Source: Macrostomum lignano (Eukaryota). Taken from it: 60,743 nt of DNA. Of the stretch, positions 47,418 to 60,300 are shown piece by piece. The notes beneath the pieces were generated by a model. The model saw only the letters and a list, made by a program, of their open reading frames with translations. It was not told where the DNA came from and did not search any database. The position numbers and the translations under genes are program-made. The stretch covers positions 1 to 60,743 of the forward strand of contig NIVC01001576.1 of the NCBI GenBank assembly GCA_002269645.1, written 5' to 3'. Position 1 is the stretch's first letter, and each line of letters opens with the position of its first letter.

Positions 47418-48345
47418 TCACGGACCCGTGGCAACAATATCCAAGTACACGGTGCACTCGCTCCCGTATTGGCAGTGGCGGACTAGGAACTCCGTACTTG
47501 GACCGGAAGCTGTGGCAGAAGCTCCAGTTGGTGGGCAGCCGAGCTCTACCAGTTCCTGCTCGTGCTGAGACTGAGCGGCAATTGCAGAGTAAGGTTTTAT
47601 GTAAAAGTGCATAAAAACTAGAAAAGGAAAAAATGAAGTGGCTCACTCCACTCTCTCGGGTGGCGGCTGCCGTTGCTGTCACCGGGCTGTAGGCCAAAAC
47701 GCGATGCTTCATCAGCTAAAAGTACGAAAAAAATCGGTTGTTTTCAAAGCCATCAATCAGTTTAGAAAGCGGAGAGATTGGCAGCCAGCGAAGATACCAA
47801 ATTTTAGGCAGTTTCAAGCGCTAACCATTGCTGCCAGAAGCAGACCAACGCATATGGCAATGGTGGCCGATGCTGCCACCAGCACTGTCGGCATGGAGGT
47901 CTGAGCTTTGTTTGAGCTTCTGCAGTCCAGCTCTGCTGTGGCTGAGCGCACCCACTGGAGCCCGGCTCCCGGTGGCCGCTGCACCGCGCTGCACTCGAGC
48001 TTGGCTTCCTGCATCGATCCCGGTCTCTGCTCCTCATCAATGTTGAACTGCCACGAGCTGACAGAGCCGTTTTCGCTTGAGTTCTGCAAAAACCCAGCCA
48101 GTCGGGTCACTTCTGTCGCATCAACCGACAATGTACCGGTAGAGAGACTCACCAGAGACAGAAGGGTCAGGTTGTGGGCTCCGAATCCACTTGTATCAAA
48201 TGAAATTTTACACCAATGCTGAGGCTTCGGCTGAGAGTCGGATGATGTGAATTGTACAGTCACATTTGACAGGTCACTACAGCTGGCAGCGTGCAGCAGT
48301 GGGGTTGACACGATCGGGCTGAGCCAGATCCAAGTTCGATGCTTT
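47418..48345 (-). CDS. C-terminal part of an unidentified single-pass type I membrane glycoprotein; 5' end lost in the 34-bp array
   Basis: Exons ~48345-47826, 47715-47647 and 47570(or 47564)-47418; all junctions GT..AG, phase 0. The ectodomain fragment has Cys residues and NVT/NLT/NSS/NGS sequons. The TM segment VLVAASATIAICVGLLLAAM|LM is followed by basic KHR, and the tail ends ...YGSECTVYLDIVATGP*. Confidence 0.65.
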
Positions 48346-51300
48346 AATCGGGCTGAGCCAGATCCAAGTTCGATGCTTTAATCGGGCTGAGCCAGATCCA
48401 AGTTCGATGCTTTAATCGGGCTGAGCCAGATCCAAGTTCGATGCTTTAATCGGGCTGAGCCAGATCCAAGTTCGATGCTTTAATCGGGCTGAGCCAGATC
48501 CAAGTTCGATGCTTTAATCGGGCTGAGCCAGATCCAAGTTCGATGCTTTAATCGGGCTGAGCCAGATCCAAGTTCGATGCTTTAATCGGGCTGAGCCAGA
48601 TCCAAGTTCGATGCTTTAATCGGGCTGAGCCAGATCCAAGTTCGATGCTTTAATCGGGCTGAGCCAGATCCAAGTTCGATGCTTTAATCGGGCTGAGCCA
48701 GATCCAAGTTCGATGCTTTAATCGGGCTGAGCCAGATCCAAGTTCGATGCTTTAATCGGGCTGAGCCAGATCCAAGTTCGATGCTTTAATCGGGCTGAGC
48801 CAGATCCAAGTTCGATGCTTTAATCGGGCTGAGCCAGATCCAAGTTCGATGCTTTAATCGGGCTGAGCCAGATCCAAGTTCGATGCTTTAATCGGGCTGA
48901 GCCAGATCCAAGTTCGATGCTTTAATCGGGCTGAGCCAGATCCAAGTTCGATGCTTTAATCGGGCTGAGCCAGATCCAAGTTCGATGCTTTAATCGGGCT
49001 GAGCCAGATCCAAGTTCGATGCTTTAATCGGGCTGAGCCAGATCCAAGTTCGATGCTTTAATCGGGCTGAGCCAGATCCAAGTTCGATGCTTTAATCGGG
49101 CTGAGCCAGATCCAAGTTCGATGCTTTAATCGGGCTGAGCCAGATCCAAGTTCGATGCTTTAATCGGGCTGAGCCAGATCCAAGTTCGATGCTTTAATCG
49201 GGCTGAGCCAGATCCAAGTTCGATGCTTTAATCGGGCTGAGCCAGATCCAAGTTCGATGCTTTAATCGGGCTGAGCCAGATCCAAGTTCGATGCTTTAAT
49301 CGGGCTGAGCCAGATCCAAGTTCGATGCTTTAATCGGGCTGAGCCAGATCCAAGTTCGATGCTTTAATCGGGCTGAGCCAGATCCAAGTTCGATGCTTTA
49401 ATCGGGCTGAGCCAGATCCAAGTTCGATGCTTTAATCGGGCTGAGCCAGATCCAAGTTCGATGCTTTAATCGGGCTGAGCCAGATCCAAGTTCGATGCTT
49501 TAATCGGGCTGAGCCAGATCCAAGTTCGATGCTTTAATCGGGCTGAGCCAGATCCAAGTTCGATGCTTTAATCGGGCTGAGCCAGATCCAAGTTCGATGC
49601 TTTAATCGGGCTGAGCCAGATCCAAGTTCGATGCTTTAATCGGGCTGAGCCAGATCCAAGTTCGATGCTTTAATCGGGCTGAGCCAGATCCAAGTTCGAT
49701 GCTTTAATCGGGCTGAGCCAGATCCAAGTTCGATGCTTTAATCGGGCTGAGCCAGATCCAAGTTCGATGCTTTAATCGGGCTGAGCCAGATCCAAGTTCG
49801 ATGCTTTAATCGGGCTGAGCCAGATCCAAGTTCGATGCTTTAATCGGGCTGAGCCAGATCCAAGTTCGATGCTTTAATCGGGCTGAGCCAGATCCAAGTT
49901 CGATGCTTTAATCGGGCTGAGCCAGATCCAAGTTCGATGCTTTAATCGGGCTGAGCCAGATCCAAGTTCGATGCTTTAATCGGGCTGAGCCAGATCCAAG
50001 TTCGATGCTTTAATCGGGCTGAGCCAGATCCAAGTTCGATGCTTTAATCGGGCTGAGCCAGATCCAAGTTCGATGCTTTAATCGGGCTGAGCCAGATCCA
50101 AGTTCGATGCTTTAATCGGGCTGAGCCAGATCCAAGTTCGATGCTTTAATCGGGCTGAGCCAGATCCAAGTTCGATGCTTTAATCGGGCTGAGCCAGATC
50201 CAAGTTCGATGCTTTAATCGGGCTGAGCCAGATCCAAGTTCGATGCTTTAATCGGGCTGAGCCAGATCCAAGTTCGATGCTTTAATCGGGCTGAGCCAGA
50301 TCCAAGTTCGATGCTTTAATCGGGCTGAGCCAGATCCAAGTTCGATGCTTTAATCGGGCTGAGCCAGATCCAAGTTCGATGCTTTAATCGGGCTGAGCCA
50401 GATCCAAGTTCGATGCTTTAATCGGGCTGAGCCAGATCCAAGTTCGATGCTTTAATCGGGCTGAGCCAGATCCAAGTTCGATGCTTTAATCGGGCTGAGC
50501 CAGATCCAAGTTCGATGCTTTAATCGGGCTGAGCCAGATCCAAGTTCGATGCTTTAATCGGGCTGAGCCAGATCCAAGTTCGATGCTTTAATCGGGCTGA
50601 GCCAGATCCAAGTTCGATGCTTTAATCGGGCTGAGCCAGATCCAAGTTCGATGCTTTAATCGGGCTGAGCCAGATCCAAGTTCGATGCTTTAATCGGGCT
50701 GAGCCAGATCCAAGTTCGATGCTTTAATCGGGCTGAGCCAGATCCAAGTTCGATGCTTTAATCGGGCTGAGCCAGATCCAAGTTCGATGCTTTAATCGGG
50801 CTGAGCCAGATCCAAGTTCGATGCTTTAATCGGGCTGAGCCAGATCCAAGTTCGATGCTTTAATCGGGCTGAGCCAGATCCAAGTTCGATGCTTTAATCG
50901 GGCTGAGCCAGATCCAAGTTCGATGCTTTAATCGGGCTGAGCCAGATCCAAGTTCGATGCTTTAATCGGGCTGAGCCAGATCCAAGTTCGATGCTTTAAT
51001 CGGGCTGAGCCAGATCCAAGTTCGATGCTTTAATCGGGCTGAGCCAGATCCAAGTTCGATGCTTTAATCGGGCTGAGCCAGATCCAAGTTCGATGCTTTA
51101 ATCGGGCTGAGCCAGATCCAAGTTCGATGCTTTAATCGGGCTGAGCCAGATCCAAGTTCGATGCTTTAATCGGGCTGAGCCAGATCCAAGTTCGATGCTT
51201 TAATCGGGCTGAGCCAGATCCAAGTTCGATGCTTTAATCGGGCTGAGCCAGATCCAAGTTCGATGCTTTAATCGGGCTGAGCCAGATCCAAGTTCGATGC

Positions 51301-54300
51301 TTTAATCGGGCTGAGCCAGATCCAAGTTCGATGCTTTAATCGGGCTGAGCCAGATCCAAGTTCGATGCTTTAATCGGGCTGAGCCAGATCCAAGTTCGAT
51401 GCTTTAATCGGGCTGAGCCAGATCCAAGTTCGATGCTTTAATCGGGCTGAGCCAGATCCAAGTTCGATGCTTTAATCGGGCTGAGCCAGATCCAAGTTCG
51501 ATGCTTTAATCGGGCTGAGCCAGATCCAAGTTCGATGCTTTAATCGGGCTGAGCCAGATCCAAGTTCGATGCTTTAATCGGGCTGAGCCAGATCCAAGTT
51601 CGATGCTTTAATCGGGCTGAGCCAGATCCAAGTTCGATGCTTTAATCGGGCTGAGCCAGATCCAAGTTCGATGCTTTAATCGGGCTGAGCCAGATCCAAG
51701 TTCGATGCTTTAATCGGGCTGAGCCAGATCCAAGTTCGATGCTTTAATCGGGCTGAGCCAGATCCAAGTTCGATGCTTTAATCGGGCTGAGCCAGATCCA
51801 AGTTCGATGCTTTAATCGGGCTGAGCCAGATCCAAGTTCGATGCTTTAATCGGGCTGAGCCAGATCCAAGTTCGATGCTTTAATCGGGCTGAGCCAGATC
51901 CAAGTTCGATGCTTTAATCGGGCTGAGCCAGATCCAAGTTCGATGCTTTAATCGGGCTGAGCCAGATCCAAGTTCGATGCTTTAATCGGGCTGAGCCAGA
52001 TCCAAGTTCGATGCTTTAATCGGGCTGAGCCAGATCCAAGTTCGATGCTTTAATCGGGCTGAGCCAGATCCAAGTTCGATGCTTTAATCGGGCTGAGCCA
52101 GATCCAAGTTCGATGCTTTAATCGGGCTGAGCCAGATCCAAGTTCGATGCTTTAATCGGGCTGAGCCAGATCCAAGTTCGATGCTTTAATCGGGCTGAGC
52201 CAGATCCAAGTTCGATGCTTTAATCGGGCTGAGCCAGATCCAAGTTCGATGCTTTAATCGGGCTGAGCCAGATCCAAGTTCGATGCTTTAATCGGGCTGA
52301 GCCAGATCCAAGTTCGATGCTTTAATCGGGCTGAGCCAGATCCAAGTTCGATGCTTTAATCGGGCTGAGCCAGATCCAAGTTCGATGCTTTAATCGGGCT
52401 GAGCCAGATCCAAGTTCGATGCTTTAATCGGGCTGAGCCAGATCCAAGTTCGATGCTTTAATCGGGCTGAGCCAGATCCAAGTTCGATGCTTTAATCGGG
52501 CTGAGCCAGATCCAAGTTCGATGCTTTAATCGGGCTGAGCCAGATCCAAGTTCGATGCTTTAATCGGGCTGAGCCAGATCCAAGTTCGATGCTTTAATCG
52601 GGCTGAGCCAGATCCAAGTTCGATGCTTTAATCGGGCTGAGCCAGATCCAAGTTCGATGCTTTAATCGGGCTGAGCCAGATCCAAGTTCGATGCTTTAAT
52701 CGGGCTGAGCCAGATCCAAGTTCGATGCTTTAATCGGGCTGAGCCAGATCCAAGTTCGATGCTTTAATCGGGCTGAGCCAGATCCAAGTTCGATGCTTTA
52801 ATCGGGCTGAGCCAGATCCAAGTTCGATGCTTTAATCGGGCTGAGCCAGATCCAAGTTCGATGCTTTAATCGGGCTGAGCCAGATCCAAGTTCGATGCTT
52901 TAATCGGGCTGAGCCAGATCCAAGTTCGATGCTTTAATCGGGCTGAGCCAGATCCAAGTTCGATGCTTTAATCGGGCTGAGCCAGATCCAAGTTCGATGC
53001 TTTAATCGGGCTGAGCCAGATCCAAGTTCGATGCTTTAATCGGGCTGAGCCAGATCCAAGTTCGATGCTTTAATCGGGCTGAGCCAGATCCAAGTTCGAT
53101 GCTTTAATCGGGCTGAGCCAGATCCAAGTTCGATGCTTTAATCGGGCTGAGCCAGATCCAAGTTCGATGCTTTAATCGGGCTGAGCCAGATCCAAGTTCG
53201 ATGCTTTAATCGGGCTGAGCCAGATCCAAGTTCGATGCTTTAATCGGGCTGAGCCAGATCCAAGTTCGATGCTTTAATCGGGCTGAGCCAGATCCAAGTT
53301 CGATGCTTTAATCGGGCTGAGCCAGATCCAAGTTCGATGCTTTAATCGGGCTGAGCCAGATCCAAGTTCGATGCTTTAATCGGGCTGAGCCAGATCCAAG
53401 TTCGATGCTTTAATCGGGCTGAGCCAGATCCAAGTTCGATGCTTTAATCGGGCTGAGCCAGATCCAAGTTCGATGCTTTAATCGGGCTGAGCCAGATCCA
53501 AGTTCGATGCTTTAATCGGGCTGAGCCAGATCCAAGTTCGATGCTTTAATCGGGCTGAGCCAGATCCAAGTTCGATGCTTTAATCGGGCTGAGCCAGATC
53601 CAAGTTCGATGCTTTAATCGGGCTGAGCCAGATCCAAGTTCGATGCTTTAATCGGGCTGAGCCAGATCCAAGTTCGATGCTTTAATCGGGCTGAGCCAGA
53701 TCCAAGTTCGATGCTTTAATCGGGCTGAGCCAGATCCAAGTTCGATGCTTTAATCGGGCTGAGCCAGATCCAAGTTCGATGCTTTAATCGGGCTGAGCCA
53801 GATCCAAGTTCGATGCTTTAATCGGGCTGAGCCAGATCCAAGTTCGATGCTTTAATCGGGCTGAGCCAGATCCAAGTTCGATGCTTTAATCGGGCTGAGC
53901 CAGATCCAAGTTCGATGCTTTAATCGGGCTGAGCCAGATCCAAGTTCGATGCTTTAATCGGGCTGAGCCAGATCCAAGTTCGATGCTTTAATCGGGCTGA
54001 GCCAGATCCAAGTTCGATGCTTTAATCGGGCTGAGCCAGATCCAAGTTCGATGCTTTAATCGGGCTGAGCCAGATCCAAGTTCGATGCTTTAATCGGGCT
54101 GAGCCAGATCCAAGTTCGATGCTTTAATCGGGCTGAGCCAGATCCAAGTTCGATGCTTTAATCGGGCTGAGCCAGATCCAAGTTCGATGCTTTAATCGGG
54201 CTGAGCCAGATCCAAGTTCGATGCTTTAATCGGGCTGAGCCAGATCCAAGTTCGATGCTTTAATCGGGCTGAGCCAGATCCAAGTTCGATGCTTTAATCG

Positions 54301-57300
54301 GGCTGAGCCAGATCCAAGTTCGATGCTTTAATCGGGCTGAGCCAGATCCAAGTTCGATGCTTTAATCGGGCTGAGCCAGATCCAAGTTCGATGCTTTAAT
54401 CGGGCTGAGCCAGATCCAAGTTCGATGCTTTAATCGGGCTGAGCCAGATCCAAGTTCGATGCTTTAATCGGGCTGAGCCAGATCCAAGTTCGATGCTTTA
54501 ATCGGGCTGAGCCAGATCCAAGTTCGATGCTTTAATCGGGCTGAGCCAGATCCAAGTTCGATGCTTTAATCGGGCTGAGCCAGATCCAAGTTCGATGCTT
54601 TAATCGGGCTGAGCCAGATCCAAGTTCGATGCTTTAATCGGGCTGAGCCAGATCCAAGTTCGATGCTTTAATCGGGCTGAGCCAGATCCAAGTTCGATGC
54701 TTTAATCGGGCTGAGCCAGATCCAAGTTCGATGCTTTAATCGGGCTGAGCCAGATCCAAGTTCGATGCTTTAATCGGGCTGAGCCAGATCCAAGTTCGAT
54801 GCTTTAATCGGGCTGAGCCAGATCCAAGTTCGATGCTTTAATCGGGCTGAGCCAGATCCAAGTTCGATGCTTTAATCGGGCTGAGCCAGATCCAAGTTCG
54901 ATGCTTTAATCGGGCTGAGCCAGATCCAAGTTCGATGCTTTAATCGGGCTGAGCCAGATCCAAGTTCGATGCTTTAATCGGGCTGAGCCAGATCCAAGTT
55001 CGATGCTTTAATCGGGCTGAGCCAGATCCAAGTTCGATGCTTTAATCGGGCTGAGCCAGATCCAAGTTCGATGCTTTAATCGGGCTGAGCCAGATCCAAG
55101 TTCGATGCTTTAATCGGGCTGAGCCAGATCCAAGTTCGATGCTTTAATCGGGCTGAGCCAGATCCAAGTTCGATGCTTTAATCGGGCTGAGCCAGATCCA
55201 AGTTCGATGCTTTAATCGGGCTGAGCCAGATCCAAGTTCGATGCTTTAATCGGGCTGAGCCAGATCCAAGTTCGATGCTTTAATCGGGCTGAGCCAGATC
55301 CAAGTTCGATGCTTTAATCGGGCTGAGCCAGATCCAAGTTCGATGCTTTAATCGGGCTGAGCCAGATCCAAGTTCGATGCTTTAATCGGGCTGAGCCAGA
55401 TCCAAGTTCGATGCTTTAATCGGGCTGAGCCAGATCCAAGTTCGATGCTTTAATCGGGCTGAGCCAGATCCAAGTTCGATGCTTTAATCGGGCTGAGCCA
55501 GATCCAAGTTCGATGCTTTAATCGGGCTGAGCCAGATCCAAGTTCGATGCTTTAATCGGGCTGAGCCAGATCCAAGTTCGATGCTTTAATCGGGCTGAGC
55601 CAGATCCAAGTTCGATGCTTTAATCGGGCTGAGCCAGATCCAAGTTCGATGCTTTAATCGGGCTGAGCCAGATCCAAGTTCGATGCTTTAATCGGGCTGA
55701 GCCAGATCCAAGTTCGATGCTTTAATCGGGCTGAGCCAGATCCAAGTTCGATGCTTTAATCGGGCTGAGCCAGATCCAAGTTCGATGCTTTAATCGGGCT
55801 GAGCCAGATCCAAGTTCGATGCTTTAATCGGGCTGAGCCAGATCCAAGTTCGATGCTTTAATCGGGCTGAGCCAGATCCAAGTTCGATGCTTTAATCGGG
55901 CTGAGCCAGATCCAAGTTCGATGCTTTAATCGGGCTGAGCCAGATCCAAGTTCGATGCTTTAATCGGGCTGAGCCAGATCCAAGTTCGATGCTTTAATCG
56001 GGCTGAGCCAGATCCAAGTTCGATGCTTTAATCGGGCTGAGCCAGATCCAAGTTCGATGCTTTAATCGGGCTGAGCCAGATCCAAGTTCGATGCTTTAAT
56101 CGGGCTGAGCCAGATCCAAGTTCGATGCTTTAATCGGGCTGAGCCAGATCCAAGTTCGATGCTTTAATCGGGCTGAGCCAGATCCAAGTTCGATGCTTTA
56201 ATCGGGCTGAGCCAGATCCAAGTTCGATGCTTTAATCGGGCTGAGCCAGATCCAAGTTCGATGCTTTAATCGGGCTGAGCCAGATCCAAGTTCGATGCTT
56301 TAATCGGGCTGAGCCAGATCCAAGTTCGATGCTTTAATCGGGCTGAGCCAGATCCAAGTTCGATGCTTTAATCGGGCTGAGCCAGATCCAAGTTCGATGC
56401 TTTAATCGGGCTGAGCCAGATCCAAGTTCGATGCTTTAATCGGGCTGAGCCAGATCCAAGTTCGATGCTTTAATCGGGCTGAGCCAGATCCAAGTTCGAT
56501 GCTTTAATCGGGCTGAGCCAGATCCAAGTTCGATGCTTTAATCGGGCTGAGCCAGATCCAAGTTCGATGCTTTAATCGGGCTGAGCCAGATCCAAGTTCG
56601 ATGCTTTAATCGGGCTGAGCCAGATCCAAGTTCGATGCTTTAATCGGGCTGAGCCAGATCCAAGTTCGATGCTTTAATCGGGCTGAGCCAGATCCAAGTT
56701 CGATGCTTTAATCGGGCTGAGCCAGATCCAAGTTCGATGCTTTAATCGGGCTGAGCCAGATCCAAGTTCGATGCTTTAATCGGGCTGAGCCAGATCCAAG
56801 TTCGATGCTTTAATCGGGCTGAGCCAGATCCAAGTTCGATGCTTTAATCGGGCTGAGCCAGATCCAAGTTCGATGCTTTAATCGGGCTGAGCCAGATCCA
56901 AGTTCGATGCTTTAATCGGGCTGAGCCAGATCCAAGTTCGATGCTTTAATCGGGCTGAGCCAGATCCAAGTTCGATGCTTTAATCGGGCTGAGCCAGATC
57001 CAAGTTCGATGCTTTAATCGGGCTGAGCCAGATCCAAGTTCGATGCTTTAATCGGGCTGAGCCAGATCCAAGTTCGATGCTTTAATCGGGCTGAGCCAGA
57101 TCCAAGTTCGATGCTTTAATCGGGCTGAGCCAGATCCAAGTTCGATGCTTTAATCGGGCTGAGCCAGATCCAAGTTCGATGCTTTAATCGGGCTGAGCCA
57201 GATCCAAGTTCGATGCTTTAATCGGGCTGAGCCAGATCCAAGTTCGATGCTTTAATCGGGCTGAGCCAGATCCAAGTTCGATGCTTTAATCGGGCTGAGC

Positions 57301-60300
57301 CAGATCCAAGTTCGATGCTTTAATCGGGCTGAGCCAGATCCAAGTTCGATGCTTTAATCGGGCTGAGCCAGATCCAAGTTCGATGCTTTAATCGGGCTGA
57401 GCCAGATCCAAGTTCGATGCTTTAATCGGGCTGAGCCAGATCCAAGTTCGATGCTTTAATCGGGCTGAGCCAGATCCAAGTTCGATGCTTTAATCGGGCT
57501 GAGCCAGATCCAAGTTCGATGCTTTAATCGGGCTGAGCCAGATCCAAGTTCGATGCTTTAATCGGGCTGAGCCAGATCCAAGTTCGATGCTTTAATCGGG
57601 CTGAGCCAGATCCAAGTTCGATGCTTTAATCGGGCTGAGCCAGATCCAAGTTCGATGCTTTAATCGGGCTGAGCCAGATCCAAGTTCGATGCTTTAATCG
57701 GGCTGAGCCAGATCCAAGTTCGATGCTTTAATCGGGCTGAGCCAGATCCAAGTTCGATGCTTTAATCGGGCTGAGCCAGATCCAAGTTCGATGCTTTAAT
57801 CGGGCTGAGCCAGATCCAAGTTCGATGCTTTAATCGGGCTGAGCCAGATCCAAGTTCGATGCTTTAATCGGGCTGAGCCAGATCCAAGTTCGATGCTTTA
57901 ATCGGGCTGAGCCAGATCCAAGTTCGATGCTTTAATCGGGCTGAGCCAGATCCAAGTTCGATGCTTTAATCGGGCTGAGCCAGATCCAAGTTCGATGCTT
58001 TAATCGGGCTGAGCCAGATCCAAGTTCGATGCTTTAATCGGGCTGAGCCAGATCCAAGTTCGATGCTTTAATCGGGCTGAGCCAGATCCAAGTTCGATGC
58101 TTTAATCGGGCTGAGCCAGATCCAAGTTCGATGCTTTAATCGGGCTGAGCCAGATCCAAGTTCGATGCTTTAATCGGGCTGAGCCAGATCCAAGTTCGAT
58201 GCTTTAATCGGGCTGAGCCAGATCCAAGTTCGATGCTTTAATCGGGCTGAGCCAGATCCAAGTTCGATGCTTTAATCGGGCTGAGCCAGATCCAAGTTCG
58301 ATGCTTTAATCGGGCTGAGCCAGATCCAAGTTCGATGCTTTAATCGGGCTGAGCCAGATCCAAGTTCGATGCTTTAATCGGGCTGAGCCAGATCCAAGTT
58401 CGATGCTTTAATCGGGCTGAGCCAGATCCAAGTTCGATGCTTTAATCGGGCTGAGCCAGATCCAAGTTCGATGCTTTAATCGGGCTGAGCCAGATCCAAG
58501 TTCGATGCTTTAATCGGGCTGAGCCAGATCCAAGTTCGATGCTTTAATCGGGCTGAGCCAGATCCAAGTTCGATGCTTTAATCGGGCTGAGCCAGATCCA
58601 AGTTCGATGCTTTAATCGGGCTGAGCCAGATCCAAGTTCGATGCTTTAATCGGGCTGAGCCAGATCCAAGTTCGATGCTTTAATCGGGCTGAGCCAGATC
58701 CAAGTTCGATGCTTTAATCGGGCTGAGCCAGATCCAAGTTCGATGCTTTAATCGGGCTGAGCCAGATCCAAGTTCGATGCTTTAATCGGGCTGAGCCAGA
58801 TCCAAGTTCGATGCTTTAATCGGGCTGAGCCAGATCCAAGTTCGATGCTTTAATCGGGCTGAGCCAGATCCAAGTTCGATGCTTTAATCGGGCTGAGCCA
58901 GATCCAAGTTCGATGCTTTAATCGGGCTGAGCCAGATCCAAGTTCGATGCTTTAATCGGGCTGAGCCAGATCCAAGTTCGATGCTTTAATCGGGCTGAGC
59001 CAGATCCAAGTTCGATGCTTTAATCGGGCTGAGCCAGATCCAAGTTCGATGCTTTAATCGGGCTGAGCCAGATCCAAGTTCGATGCTTTAATCGGGCTGA
59101 GCCAGATCCAAGTTCGATGCTTTAATCGGGCTGAGCCAGATCCAAGTTCGATGCTTTAATCGGGCTGAGCCAGATCCAAGTTCGATGCTTTAATCGGGCT
59201 GAGCCAGATCCAAGTTCGATGCTTTAATCGGGCTGAGCCAGATCCAAGTTCGATGCTTTAATCGGGCTGAGCCAGATCCAAGTTCGATGCTTTAATCGGG
59301 CTGAGCCAGATCCAAGTTCGATGCTTTAATCGGGCTGAGCCAGATCCAAGTTCGATGCTTTAATCGGGCTGAGCCAGATCCAAGTTCGATGCTTTAATCG
59401 GGCTGAGCCAGATCCAAGTTCGATGCTTTAATCGGCTGAGCCAGATCCAAGTTCGATGCTTTAATCGGGCTGAGCCAGATCCAAGTTCGATGCTTTAATC
59501 GGCTGAGCCAGATCCAAGTTCGATGCTTTAATCGGGCTGAGCCAGATCCAAGTTCGATGCTTTAATCGGGCTGAGCCAGATCCAAGTTCGATGCTTTAAT
59601 CGGGCTGAGCCAGATCCAAGTTCGATGCTTTAATCGGGCTGAGCCAGATCCAAGTTCGATGCTTTAATCGGGCTGAGCCAGATCCAAGTTCGATGCTTTA
59701 ATCGGGCTGAGCCAGATCCAAGTTCGATGCTTTAATCGGGCTGAGCCAGATCCAAGTTCGATGCTTTAATCGGGCTGAGCCAGATCCAAGTTCGATGCTT
59801 TAATCGGGCTGAGCCAGATCCAAGTTCGATGCTTTAATCGGGCTGAGCCAGATCCAAGTTCGATGCTTTAATCGGGCTGAGCCAGATCCAAGTTCGATGC
59901 TTTAATCGGGCTGAGCCAGATCCAAGTTCGATGCTTTAATCGGGCTGAGCCAGATCCAAGTTCGATGCTTTAATCGGGCTGAGCCAGATCCAAGTTCGAT
60001 GCTTTAATCGGGCTGAGCCAGATCCAAGTTCGATGCTTTAATCGGGCTGAGCCAGATCCAAGTTCGATGCTTTAATCGGCTGAGCCAGATCAAGTTCGAT
60101 GCTTTAATCGGGCTGAGCCAGATCCAAGTTCGATGCTTTAATCGGGCTGAGCCAGATCCAAGTTCGATGCTTTAATCGGGCTGAGCCAGATCCAAGTTCG
60201 ATGCTTTAATCGGGCTGAGCCAGATCCAAGTTCGATGCTTTAATCGGGCTGAGCCAGATCCAAGTTCGATGCTTTAATCGGGCTGAGCCAGATCAAGTTC

